Shown piece by piece: positions 1-11,879 of a stretch of DNA of 39,778 nucleotides. The notes under the pieces are model-generated. The model was not told the origin of the DNA. It saw nothing but the letters and a program-made list of their open reading frames with translations, and made no database searches. Source of the DNA: Octopus bimaculoides (Eukaryota); the NCBI RefSeq assembly GCF_001194135.2, contig NC_069001.1:24676314-24716091 (forward strand), read 5' to 3'. Both the position numbers and the translations under genes were made by a program. Every line of letters starts with the position of its first letter. The stretch's first letter is position 1.

Positions 1-350
1 AGTATGGTTGCTTTCTCGTTTTCTGTGACCTTTTCTGGCGTGTGTTTATACCATCTTTTTTCTGTTGCTATTCCATAATGTTGGCATAGCTTCCAGTGTA
101 TATAGGTCCCAGCTCTGTCGTGTCTGTGAATATATTCCTTCTTAGCCAGGACTGGGCAGCCAGAGATAATATGATTTATTGTTTCTTGTCGATCTCCACA
201 TATTCTACAGTTACTTGTTATATTTCTTTTCATTATGTGTTTTTGGTAATTTCTGGTGGGGAGGCTTTGGTCTTGTGCAGCAATTAAAAATCCTTCAGTC
301 TCTGCTTTGAGTCCTGAGCTTCTCAGCCATTGCTGGGATTTTTCTCTGTC
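1..350 (-). mobile_element. R4/Dong-clade (RLE-type) non-LTR retrotransposon fragment, 5'-truncated, running off the window start
   Basis: Frame 350->3 is open for 116 codons: DREKSQQWLRSSGLKAETEGFLIAAQDQSLPTRNYQKHIMKRNITSNCRICGDRQETINHIISGCPVLAKKEYIHRHDRAGTYIHWKLCQHYGIATEKRWYKHTPEKVTENEKATI. It contains a CX2CX8HX4C knuckle (209-156) and the RHD...IH..LC..YG...WY.H.P..V.EN segment that precedes the restriction-like endonuclease in R4-clade elements. Confidence 0.85.
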
Positions 351-396
351 TTATTATTATTATTATCATTATTATTATTATTATTATTACTATTGA

Positions 397-457
<61 letters not shown>

Positions 458-486
458 GTTATTATTATTATTATTATCATCATTAT
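351..486. repeat. (ATT/AAT)n microsatellite
   Basis: Near-perfect trinucleotide array with a few substitutions, directly abutting the retrotransposon fragment. Confidence 0.98.
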
Positions 487-1069
487 TTCGTTTAGTCATA
501 GCTAAACTATTAAGCATATGGTGAAGGAAGACACTTCAAAAATTAAATGAATGACAAAGTAATAAGAAATAAGTTCATTAACGCAATTAGCTTACAGTTG
601 TTTCTACTCACTCATAGTTGAATACTTGCATATCATCTTATAGCTTCATCGGAGTAAATTCTATTTGGGAAAGCATTTACATTTATATAAATTCAGAAAA
701 CATTATCATCGAAGAAAGTTTAAACTCTTGTAAGAAATGAAGGAAGGAGGTTGAGGGGCGGAAGACCCTCTCAGAAAATGCAGATTTAGACACAAGTGTA
801 GATTTAGACAAGATTTTATGAATATATTATAAAGATATGTATATAAAGTGCTCACATGTAAAGATGTAGAAAAGTAAATAAATAAAATTACTCATAGGAA
901 TGGAGATAGTCAGAAAATGACAGAATCGAAAACAATGAGAGAGAGAAAAAGAAAACGAATGCGTTTATATAGGTCATAAAATTATTCTGTATAAGGATCC
1001 TAAGAAGATTAACAGTTAAAAGGCCGGAAAAAACAACACACCTGGGAAACAGGTTACAGATAAGACTGT

Positions 1070-2035
1070 GTTTTAGTACTTCTGATTTTCACTGTCAGTA
1101 TTATCCTCATAATAGAAGATAATACTGATAAAGGAAATAGGGTGTACTAAAACGATAAGAAGTCGCAAAAACCAAGAATCTCTTTTATTTTTTTAATACA
1201 CTCTATGGAAAAAGGTGTTTGCTAATGATAGTATAGAAACCTTCCTTGCTGAGACTAGCGAACAGTTGAGTCTAAAATTTTCAAGGCAAAATACCTCAAA
1301 TATTTCTGGAGTAGTTTATATAGACGACAGATATATTATAATTTAAAAAAATGTTAATATACAAATTAGACGAATTCTGAAAAATGCTTTTCTGAACTTC
1401 TTTAAATATTTATCTCTTAATATCGCTGTCGAATACAACTGAAAGAAAAGTAATTTCTTTGTTGTCACATTGAAACGCAACATTCACAGAAAAAACAACA
1501 TTAAAATGTAATATATTTATAAATTATCTAAATATCCCCCACCTCGAAGAAAATCACGACTAATCTCTAAAAGTTTCTTCATAATTTTAGACTGAAATTA
1601 TCTGCGAAGAATACGCAAATCTTTAAGATGAAGCTTTAAAACTGGTCACATAATAAATCAGTTACAACAACGAAGCAGACCTCGAAACATAAAACACCAA
1701 ATCTAAAAAAAAGGAAAACTACAAATATAAAAGGAACCGAATATGGTGGAATCTACAATACAGCCAACAAAATTTATCGATTTTATATGAAGACTATTTT
1801 TCGACTTTTACAAAACCATTTTTCACCTAATAAGATATGTTACGAAATATTCTATGAAATAAACATAGAAGTAACCAACTCTAGCAGACATAACTTCTGG
1901 AAAATAATAAATAATTTCAGCCAAGTGAAACTGAGTCAAATATCAGTTGATGATAATAGCATAATTAAAATTGCAATAATAAACAAGGCATGCACTCACC
2001 CAGGGAAATGTTTTACCGTAGAAATAATTTGAATT
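1070..2035 (+). mobile_element. Highly degenerate Penelope-like element (RT to start of GIY-YIG)
   Basis: Collinear decayed motifs with stops and frameshifts: ESLLFF*YTLWKK (~1177-1215), GVVYIDD (YIDD at 1317-1328), FKYLSLNIAVEYN*KKSNFFVVTL (~1400-1475, FLDV-like), KRNRIWWN (~1730-1752, IIWFNPP-like), FRLLQNHFSPNKICYEIF..NIEVTNS and CTHPGKCFTVEII (~1990-2030). Confidence 0.72.
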
Positions 2036-2739
2036 CCTTCTTTCACATTAATCGTTCACTTCAACTCCCTATTTTAATTTCACATTATTTTACGTCTAAC
2101 CCTCGTTCGCCAACGTCTTACGTTTTCTTTTACACATATTTTATTAACTGAAACGAAAACCTATTCAAAATTAGATATAACAAGTTGATAGATTCATTGA
2201 AAAAGCCAAACGAAAAACAGACATGATATCATTATCTAAATTTGTATCAAAATTAACGGCTTCAAAGCCACCATATCTATTGGCGATTTGTCTCATAGGG
2301 CAACTCCACCAAAATAACAATAAAAATATCTAAGTTTGCACTACTGAATTATATGAGATTTTAATCTCCAGACAAAGACTGTAAAATAAACATTCTGAAA
2401 TAATCTCTTTTGCTGATACAGAACCTATGAAACCATAAAGTAATATAAACACTTACAAAATACAAATAGAAAGCTAGGATTTCTAAATACCGAAATTTAT
2501 CCCTTATTGATTCTATAAACATCAATATATTTTAGTTTTAGACTTGGTTAAGAAAGTGTAACGATTATGTTTAGTACTAATAATTTATTAGGTGTGCACT
2601 AATATTGCGAGTATTCTTATATAAATAAGTTCCACTTAGCAGCATTACCAAATATCGTTCTTGGTTGAGTTGAGATCTTACTAGGGTAGTTTTTCCTGCC
2701 TTCCTATATGGTTAGTAACTATTCTATTTGTGTATATAT

Positions 2740-2960
2740 TTATTTATTTATTTATGTGTTTCAGCCAAGTGGCTGCGGTCATGCTGGTGCACCATATATA
2801 TATATATATATATANNNNNNNNNNNNNNNNNNNNNNNNNNNNNNNNNNNNNNNNNNNNNNNNNNNNNNNNNNNNNNNNNNNNNNNNNNNNNNNNNNNNNN
2901 NNNNNNNNNNNNNNNNNNNNNNNNNNNNNNNNNNNNNNNNNNNNNNNNNNNATATATACC

Positions 2961-3000
<40 letters not shown>

Positions 3001-3037
3001 TATATAGGCAGACAGACATATAGATAGATAGATAGAT

Positions 3038-3102
<65 letters not shown>

Positions 3103-3181
3103 CAAAGTGCAACTCGGTGGGACTAAACATAGAACCATGCATTTGGGAAGCAGGTATCTTATGACAGAGCCAAGCCTGCGC
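2740..3181 (-). mobile_element. Decayed tRNA-derived SINE: 3' tail at ~2740-2793, head at ~3102-3181, middle replaced by gap and microsatellites
   Basis: 2757-2793 (tttcagcc..ggctgcggtcatgctggtgcacc) matches the tail of the SINE at 23001-23410. 3102-3181 matches the head of that family (revcomp gcgcaggcttggct...ttagtcccaccgagttgcac). Confidence 0.6.
3021..3101. repeat. (GATA)n microsatellite
   Basis: About 20 tetranucleotide units, preceded by (TA)n and an N gap. Confidence 0.97.
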
Positions 3182-3499
3182 TTAAATTACAGTCTGAAAT
3201 TTGCAAATTGGTGATATATGCTCCTGACAAGATTTCAAACTAAATGATTGATACCAACGAAAGATGATGGCTCTTTAAATAATGTATTTACTTTTCACCT
3301 AACTTTTGTGACCATTTGATTATTATGATACGTATTTTCTCTGCTGATTCTACAAATTCTGAGCAAATTAGTGAGACGCAGATGCAAACTAGGAAGATCT
3401 ATAGTCGCTAGAGAGAAATTAATTGTATTATTTTATATGCTTGCATATAAAGCGGAATGTAGCTAAGAATAGACTGCAACAGAGAAGCTGTAGTCTATT

Positions 3500-4735
3500 C
3501 TTAGGTAGGGGCAAGTGCGGCAGCGTATGCGGGAGCAAGGGAACGAGCCAGGTTAGGAGATGAGGTTAGGTAAGAAACTGTGGACAAGGACGGCACGTAG
3601 AGTTGTAGGCTCGTTTGAAGGAGGGAAGAGGTGGGTTGGAGAAGGTGTGTGAAGTTGAGGGGTTGGATTGGAGTCGCCGGAAGGCTCAGAGAATGGTGCG
3701 TTGGAGAGGCAGGGTAGAGGGGCTGTAGGTGAGGGAAAACGGGAGACGGGCAACGGTGGGTTAGGTGCGAGGTGAGAGAGCAGAGGCAGGGTCCACGGAA
3801 ATGCTCTGGCAAGGGCTGTGTGGATAGTGGTTAGGGGATATCCACGAAGGATGAAGTGGCGAGCCATAAGTTGAGACTGAGTCTCAAAGTCACGGTTATC
3901 ACTGCACGGCCTGCATAGACGGATGAACTGGGAGTAGGGGATAGAGAGCTTGGTGCGGGTAGGGTGGGAGGAGGAGAAGGTGAGGTATGAGTGTGAGTCT
4001 GTGTGTTTGTAGTGGATGGAGTTAGTAAGAGTGGAGTTGTGTATGTTGACCGAAATGTCGAGAAAGGTGACGGATGTGTTGGAAACAGTGCAGGACAATT
4101 CGAGGGCAAGATGGAAGGATTAGACAAAAGAGGGAAAGGCGTCTAGTTGTTCGCGTGAGAGTGAGGTCTCACCGATGCAATCGTCAATATAACGACCGTA
4201 TGGTTCGTGATCGGAACCAGTGAATCTTGAAAATACTTGAGCTTCAGCATAGCCAACGCAAAATTCGCATAGTTGGTGCCCATTCTCGTTCCCATACCTA
4301 GTCTCGACAATTGTTGGTAAAAATCTCCCGCGAACGAGAAGCAGTTGCGGGAGAGAACAAGTTCAGACAGACGAAGAAGTATGACCGTGTCAGGTTGGGG
4401 GTTGGGTTGAAAATTTAGGAAGTGTTTGATAGCAAGAAGTACTTAGTTCTGTGGGATCACCGTATATACACTCTTGATATCAAGAGTGAAGAGAAATTTA
4501 GAAGGGCCAGAAGGAAAGGTGAAAGAGTTGAAAAGACGAAGAGCTTGGTTAGTGCCGTGGAGGTGAGAAAAGAGGCAAGTACACGGTTGAGCTATTTCGA
4601 GATCAATTCTGAGGAGTAGTTATAGGCGGAGGCGATGGGGTGACCAGGGTTGTTGGGTTTATGGACTTTGGGAAGGAAGAAAATGTTGGGGGTGCGTGTG
4701 GGGTGCGGATGATGAGGCTGGATGTGGTGGATGGG
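3500..4735 (-). mobile_element. Penelope-like element fragment: RT, thumb and Cys-linker; pseudogenised; no GIY-YIG
   Basis: Minus-strand translation with frameshifts: FFLPKVHKPNNPGHPI; FTLDIKSVYTVIP; NCFSFAGDFYQQ..GMGTRMGTNYANF; YGRYIDDC (RYIDD at 4194-4180); VTFLDISV..YKHTDSHSYLTFSSSHP..KLSIPYSQFIRL..CS...LRGYP; ends PGSFPCSRIRCRTCPYL at ~3500. Confidence 0.93.
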
Positions 4736-4815
4736 TTATATATATGTGTGTGTGTGCGAATATATATATGTATGTGTGTGTGTACATATATATATACATA
4801 CATATATACACGTAT

Positions 4816-4847
<32 letters not shown>

Positions 4848-4872
4848 GTGAGTGTGCGTGTATGTATGTACA
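4736..4872. repeat. Mixed (TA)/(TG) microsatellite
   Basis: Alternating purine-pyrimidine run at the 5' end of the PLE fragment. Confidence 0.95.
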
Positions 4873-4890
4873 TAAACATCCACACACAAT

Positions 4891-5156
4891 GAAACAGCCT
4901 GCTCATGGAACTAACATGAAAAGGGCTGAGCACTCCACAGACACTCATAACCTTAACATAGTTCTCAGAGAGATTCAGCGCAACACAGTATGTGTGGAGG
5001 GTGACTCTTTGAATTATAGGTGTAACTTATTTCTGCCAGCTGAGTGAAGTGGGATACTGTAAACTAAAGTGTTATGCTCAAGAACACAAGACTCCGCTAG
5101 CAATCGAATTCACGACCGTCAGCCGAATACTCTAACCACTAAGCCACACCGCTTCA

Positions 5157-5157
<1 letters not shown>
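4891..5157 (-). mobile_element. tRNA-derived SINE, diverged copy related to 27640-28033
   Basis: Revcomp has A-box TGGCTTAGTGG and a decayed B-box. Its 3' body (gctgaatctc..gagaactatgttaa..gtgtctgtgg..ctcagcc..gagcaggctgtt) aligns to 27880-27975. Confidence 0.8.
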
Positions 5158-5192
<35 letters not shown>

Positions 5193-5418
5193 CTCACAAA
5201 CTTATATACATACATACAACGATTGACAAAGTAGATAGCAGTTTTTAGGTATGTATCGATGTATGTGAACATAATGCACACGTGTGTGTGTGTGTGTGTG
5301 TGCGTGGACACCGTACGTACACATATATAACAACAACAACAGCAACAACAACAATAACAACAACAATATCAATAACAGTAATAATAATAATAATGATAAT
5401 AATAATAATAATAATAAC

Positions 5419-5474
<56 letters not shown>

Positions 5475-5493
5475 TAATAATAACGATAATAAT
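5158..5493. repeat. Compound microsatellites: (TA)n, (TG)n, (AAC)n grading into (AAT)n
   Basis: Seen directly; the poly-N/I/L ORFs in the track derive from these arrays. Confidence 0.95.
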
Positions 5494-6319
5494 AAACGTC
5501 GGATATGGCTGTAAATTAAAACAATGTTTACATTGACAATTTTTGAAAATAAGTATATCAAACCCGTCGAGAATTCAGTCATATATCTTGTAACTAGTGG
5601 CTTNNNNNNNNNNNNNNNNNNNNNNNNNNNNNNNNNNNNNNNNNNNNNNNNNNNNNNNNNNNNNNNNNNNNNNNNNNNNNNNNNNNNNNNNNNNNNNNNN
5701 NNNNNNNNNNNNNNNNNNNNNNNNNNNNNNNNNNNNNNNNNNNNNNNNNNNNNNNNNNNNNNNNNNNNNNNNNNNNNNNNNNNNNNNNNNNNNNNNNNNN
5801 NNNNNNNNNNNNNNNNNNNNNNNNNNNNNNNNNNNNNNNNNNNNNNNNNNNNNNNNNNNNNNNNNNNNNNNNNNNNNNNNNNNNNNNNNNNNNNNNNNNN
5901 NNNNNNNNNNNNNNNNNNNNNNNNNNNNNNNNNNNNNNNNNNNNNNNNNNNNNNNNNNNNNNNNNNNNNNNNNNNNNNNNNNNNNNNNNNNNNNNNNNNN
6001 NNNNNNNNNNNNNNNNNNNNNNNNNNNNNNNNNNNNNNNNNNNNNNNNNNNNNNNNNNNNNNNNNNNNNNNNNNNNNNNNNNNNNNNNNNNNNNNNNNNN
6101 NNNNNNNNNNNNNNNNNNNNNNNNNNNNNNNNNNNNNNNNNNNNNNNNNNNNNNNNNNNNNNNNNNNNNNNNNNNNNNNNNNNNNNNNNNNNNNNNNNNN
6201 NNNNNNNNNNNNNNNNNNNNNNNNNNNNNNNNNNNNNNNNNNNNNNNNNNNNNNNNNNNNNNNNNNNNNNNNNNNNNNNNNNNNNNNNNNNNNNNNNNAT
6301 ATACATACATGTAAATGTG

Positions 6320-7780
6320 ACTGCACCATTTATAATTTGTCTAAATCAAAGTGTTCCCTTCCATGATACCTGCCGCATTTTACAGTGTGATCGGGTTACA
6401 TTATACATCTGGTAAAGTTCTGACCTCCTCAAAGACATAGACATCCCCATTAAAGTGAAGTGATAAGAACGTGCACCATCAAAGAGAAGTGATAAAAGCC
6501 TGTATCTCTTTTATGGCAATTATGCCGGTGATTATTTGCTCAAATGTCGTAAAATATTTGGTTAGGATTCATTGACAATACTCTTTTGCGGATATTGCAG
6601 CAATCGCGGCCTTTTTATCAATGTATACATAACTGGACACATGACCATCAGTCATGATAAAAGCCACCTGAAAATTCATTCAATCAGTGATACTTCATTT
6701 GTGGAGTAAAGGAACGGCAGTTAATTCCGTCTTTGAGGATGCAATAAAGAGTACTTGTTACGCAGAGACAAGTCTGGAATGTTTGTAACAATTTCAAAAC
6801 GTCTGGCAATCTATATTGTTATAATTAACAAGCTTGTTAATTTCTTTTAGAAATTAGTAAGTGTAATTTCCTTTCTAGATCAGAAATCTGCGCTCCAAAG
6901 TAAATTCAAGATCACTTTGAATGTGTCTACATAAAGATTTACATGAGATTTCAAAGCATCTTCAGTTATATCTAGTCGCTCTTATACATCACACTGAATA
7001 CAATATTTGCTAAATTAATGTTATTGAGAAAAGCGGAAATCCCTTAGGGAATGTATCCCTTGATGCTGACAACACGTAGGGAAACTGCAATTAAGAAATA
7101 TTCCACGAAGTAAGCATCTGGATAGCCGTTTTGGGAGAACATCTAAAATATTTTCATTAAAAACTTTTAATGTTCAGAGTGTGACAATAGGAATGTATAT
7201 ATAGAGCGAAACTTCAACAAAAACAAAAACAACACCGTTTTACTGAGTCTGAAAAGTCATTCTTAAAAGTATCTAAAATAAGGTAGAGCAATTGGGAATG
7301 AAATGCTTTTGATGAGTGCCAATAAAGATAGCACGGATAATTTTCAAAAAAGTTTTGAATTAAAGAAACTACAAGAAAGCGTCCCAATTTGTTATGTTTA
7401 TGGTGTATGTTTAGTCTATCACATATTTGCTCGCATGTTTATGTAAAACTAAAAGTAGAATCGCAAGAAAGTTGGATAAAATCCTCAGCGGTTTTTCTTC
7501 CGGAATTTTACTTTCTTTCTCAGTTCAATTCCCGCAGTTGTCAGATTTTCCTTTCATTCTTCTGGGGTCCCTAAAATAAGTACCAGCTGAACCCTAGGGT
7601 CGATATAATTGTCTAGCCCCTCTCCTTTAATTGCTAGCTTTGAGCAAAAAATTTGAAGCCAATATTTATGCGAAGTTGTATTCAATAATGAAAAAGTATA
7701 GTCAACATTTATTACCAGTTGGAACGGTCGCAAATATATTGATGGATTAAAAACCAATGATGCTACACACATCAAGGAAT
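6320..7780 (-). mobile_element. Very degenerate Helitron Rep (HUH) region
   Basis: Ordered relic motifs on the minus strand: RPFQ..INVDY (7730-, cf. RLFQQYIVD), LGTP..KEN..GIELRKESKIP (~7575-7500, cf. GSPR.M..AIVRKFGKP), IGTHQKHFIPNC (7323-7288, cf. IEFQKRGLPHC), FPKGF (~7050), FEEVRTLPD (6433-6407, cf. SFEDLRT). Many stops and frameshifts. Confidence 0.58.
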
Positions 7781-7849
7781 ATATGTGCATTCTTGCGTTC
7801 ACTTAAGCAGCTTTGTTTATAAAGTCTGACAAATGACATGCAAGAGATT

Positions 7850-8110
7850 AGCAGCCATACGTTAACAATGTCGAAAACATGATTGTTTTATTAGCTACCG
7901 ATGTTCATATATGGAAACGAGTGTCAGCCATCTTGTAAGTATGTAGAGTAACCTTGAATAAATGGACAAAAATATCTGGCTGTAATAGCAGACGAGAGGC
8001 AATTTTCCCAGGAACAATTTTAACACCCAATGATATCAATCTTCCCTTTAATTTAAACAGACGTCAATTTCCTGTTTTCCGACTTTTGGCATGAACATTA
8101 ACGAATCACA
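7850..8110 (+). mobile_element. Helitron Pif1-type helicase C-terminal relic
   Basis: KISGCNSRREAIFPGTILTPNDINLPFNLNRRQFPV (to 8076), then after a frameshift FGMNINES (8085-8108). This matches the Helitron helicase signature IPRI.L.PSD..LPF.L.RRQFP.RL.FAMTINKSQ. Confidence 0.78.
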
Positions 8111-9450
8111 TATATTTTCACTTTATTTTACAATCATCCTGAAGACATTTAATTAAGATAAGCATATTTGACGTCATTATTTAAGGCAAGGGTATATATA
8201 TATGTATATATATATATATNNNNNNNNNNNNNNNNNNNNNNNNNNNNNNNNNNNNNNNNNNNNNNNNNNNNNNNNNNNNNNNNNNNNNNNNNNNNNNNNN
8301 NNNNNNNNNNNNNNNNNNNNNNNNNNNNNNNNNNNNNNNNNNNNNNNNNNNNNNNNNNNNNNNNNNNNNNNNNNNNNNNNNNNNNNNNNNNNNNNNNNNN
8401 NNNNNNNNNNNNNNNNNNNNNNNNNNNNNNNNNNNNNNNNNNNNNNNNNNNNNNNNNNNNNNNNNNNNNNNNNNNNNNNNNNNNNNNNNNNNNNNNNNNN
8501 NNNNNNNNNNNNNNNNNNNNNNNNNNNNNNNNNNNNNNNNNNNNNNNNNNNNNNNNNNNNNNNNNNNNNNNNNNNNNNNNNNNNNNNNNNNNNNNNNNNN
8601 NNNNNNNNNNNNNNNNNNNNNNNNNNNNNNNNNNNNNNNNNNNNNNNNNNNNNNNNNNNNNNNNNNNNNNNNNNNNNNNNNNNNNNNNNNNNNNNNNNNN
8701 NNNNNNNNNNNNNNNNNNNNNNNNNNNNNNNNNNNNNNNNNNNNNNNNNNNNNNNNNNNNNNNNNNNNNNNNNNNNNNNNNNNNNNNNNNNNNNNNNNNN
8801 NNNNNNNNNNNNNNNNNNNNNNNNNNNNNNNNNNNNNNNNNNNNNNNNNNNNNNNNNNNNNNNNNNNNNNNNNNNNNNNNNNNNNNNNNNNNNNNNNNNN
8901 NNNNNNNNNNNNNNNNNNNNNNNNNNNNNNNNNNNNNNNNNNNNNNNNNNNNNNNNNNNNNNNNNNNNNNNNNNNNNNNNNNNNNNNNNNNNNNNNNNNN
9001 NNNNNNNNNNNNNNNNNNNNNNNNNNNNNNNNNNNNNNNNNNNNNNNNNNNNNNNNNNNNNNNNNNNNNNNNNNNNNNNNNNNNNNNNNNNNNNNNNNNN
9101 NNNNNNNNNNNNNNNNNNNNNNNNNNNNNNNNNNNNNNNNNNNNNNNNNNNNNNNNNNNNNNNNNNNNNNNNNNNNNNNNNACTTTTGCAGCGGTATAAC
9201 TCGAAGCAGACAAAGTTATAAATAATGTTGTCTAAATACTGGGTTAAAAATATTTCGATAGAAAATGTTGAAGGCTATTATTTATTGTTTTTACTGCATC
9301 GAAATACTTTACAGCATTGTTTTTACTGCAATAGCAAACTATTTTGTTTTTTCTCTAAGTTTCTAAATACTAAATATTTATGATATCACTAAGAGATATG
9401 TGCGTGTTTATATTATATGTCTGTGAGAATACGTATATTCATCAATATGT

Positions 9451-9500
9451 ACATACATACATACATACATACATACATACATACATACATACATACATAC
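9451..9500. repeat. (ACAT)n microsatellite
   Basis: About 12 perfect units. Confidence 0.97.
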
Positions 9501-11207
9501 CGGCTAGTTGTCGATGTTACCCCTTTCACGGTGGAGACCTGTTTATAAGCATCATCTGCTTTTGCACACTACATCTACGAATTATGAACAATATAACTCG
9601 TACGTAATCATGAACCCCCAGAAACAACTGTCGGACTTCAAATATCATACCTCTGCTCATATTTTTGCTTTCTTTTTACACTCCGTGTAAATTTTTCCAG
9701 TAAATATATAAATATCTACATGCTTAGACATGAATGTTCATCTCCTGAGTATTCTCATTTGATATATATATATATATATATATATANNNNNNNNNNNNNN
9801 NNNNNNNNNNNNNNNNNNNNNNNNNNNNNNNNNNNNNNNNNNNNNNNNNNNNNNNNNNNNNNNNNNNNNNNNNNNNNNNNNNNNNNNNNNNNNNNNNNNN
9901 NNNNNNNNNNNNNNNNNNNNNNNNNNNNNNNNNNNNNNNNNNNNNNNNNNNNNNNNNNNNNNNNNNNNNNNNNNNNNNNNNNNNNNNNNNNNNNNNNNNN
10001 NNNNNNNNNNNNNNNNNNNNNNNNNNNNNNNNNNNNNNNNNNNNNNNNNNNNNNNNNNNNNNNNNNNNNNNNNNNNNNNNNNNNNNNNNTATGCATATAT
10101 ACATACATATATTAACGGCCAAAATGGAATTAAAAATGTAATAATGACCATCCGAATAAAACTATTAGAATTTTATTAAGTGTTATGAATTATTATTTTA
10201 ATAAAAGCCATAATAATGATTTTTAGAACTCATCCACTTAAGAACATGTAGCGAGATACTCTCGTGCTCCCTCTAACCATGCATACAAAGAGCGAAAAAT
10301 ATATGAGTAGCATTCATAGCAATTGATAAAATTAAAGTATGTGGAGTAACGTCCAAAATATCTCTCTGGAAGCTATATTATCTAATCTACAGCAAACAGA
10401 TCGTTCCAAATATCACCGATGAGTTATGAAATTAATATGAAAGATATTAAAAAAGATAATTTTAGAATTGCCAATTAATGTCTACATAAATGAAGTTATT
10501 TCAAAAAAAAAAAATATACATACGAAACGTATACCAAGAGAAATGTCACTTACCCGAAATGCAATTATGCAATATCGACCTCCAAGTTTTTGAAATGCAG
10601 AATTACACATTTTAATCCCAAATTAAATCATTCGATATTATCATTGGAATACCAATGAAGCCTAAACTCTAAAGCAATCAAATGCAAATGAGCTTGGTAT
10701 GCTTTAAGCTGATACAACCATATGGTACTGGTGTCGACATTCCCGAGTAGTTTGCTTGAATATTTGTGGAGATCTCTTCCATACGAAACTATTGGTTATT
10801 TTGTTATTGTCAGTATCCAAAATAGGGCCCATTCTTGCCTCACTACTGAAGCACTGTCTTGAAGAATTTTAGTGGAACAGCGAAAGAAAGCAAAAGATGG
10901 AGACATTCAGACGATGAATATTTTTCGAGATCAGTGACAATTTGTCACTGGAAAAATCATAGTATTTTGCGTCTGGAATGAATTTTCCTCACTAGCTCGT
11001 GATTATCACACGTTGATGACGGGTTACTACCAAGTAACCCGGGTCTGCGTGTATCACGTAAGGCTAGAGATGAGAACCATGATTTCCCTTAGCAAATATT
11101 AATCGGACACAGACAGTGTGTTGTTAGTCAGGTGGATGAGATGTCCTCCTGGGCTAAAAACAACAGTAAAATCGGCTTCTATGGGATCGCCACATTTAAT
11201 TGGCAAT

Positions 11208-11258
11208 TATATATATATGTGTGTGTGTGTATGTGTATGTATATATATACACACACAC

Positions 11259-11329
<71 letters not shown>

Positions 11330-11571
11330 NNNNNNNNNNNNNNNNNNNNNNNNNNNNNNNNNNNNNNNNNNNNNNNNNNNNNNNNNNNNNNNNNNNNNNN
11401 NNNNNNNNNNNNNNNNNNNNNNNNNNNNNNNNNNNNNNNNNNNNNNNNNNNNNNNNNNNNNNNNNNNNNNNNNNNNNNNNNNNNNNNNNNNNNNNNNNNN
11501 NNNNNNNNNNNNNNNNNNNNNNNNNNNNNNNNNNNNNNNNNNNNNNNNNNNNNNNNNNNNNNNNNNNNNNN

Positions 11572-11608
<37 letters not shown>
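11208..11608. repeat. (TA)/(TG)/(CA)n microsatellites around an N gap (11330-11571)
   Basis: Seen directly. Confidence 0.95.
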
Positions 11609-11610
<2 letters not shown>

Positions 11611-11669
11611 GCTGTGCTAGGAATCTCTCGTCCAAGATGACGTATTAGCGTTCAGCATTTTGCCGAACG

Positions 11670-11777
11670 TCCTGCAAAGTGAAGTGAAGTGAAGTGCTCA
11701 AGAATACAAGGCACCACCCGATCTCAGAATTGAAGCGATGATGTTACGACCGTGAGGGCAATATCTTAACCACTAGA
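11670..11777 (-). mobile_element. Decayed tRNA-like SINE head
   Basis: Revcomp ctagtggttaagatattgccctcacggtcgtaa...gcttcaattc..cggg..gtattcttgagcac resembles the SINE heads at 5157 and 21110. Confidence 0.5.
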
Positions 11778-11824
11778 TAATGCATCTTCACATAAATATA
11801 TACATACATATATGTGTGTCTGCG

Positions 11825-11863
<39 letters not shown>

Positions 11864-11879
11864 TTGTGTATGTACAAAT

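Noticed and set aside
2590-2720. Minus-strand AGKTTLVR, Walker-A-like
   Set aside because: A stop lies just upstream, there is no convincing Walker B or other NTPase motif, and it is compatible with chance.
10547-10680. Perfect minus-strand donor CGG|GTAAGT
   Set aside because: Stops occur in all three frames between the donor and the nearest plausible acceptors.
10150-10700. Possible RT or helicase relic on the minus strand (YVD.., ILDV)
   Set aside because: The fragments fit PLE and Helitron equally poorly; no ordered motif series.
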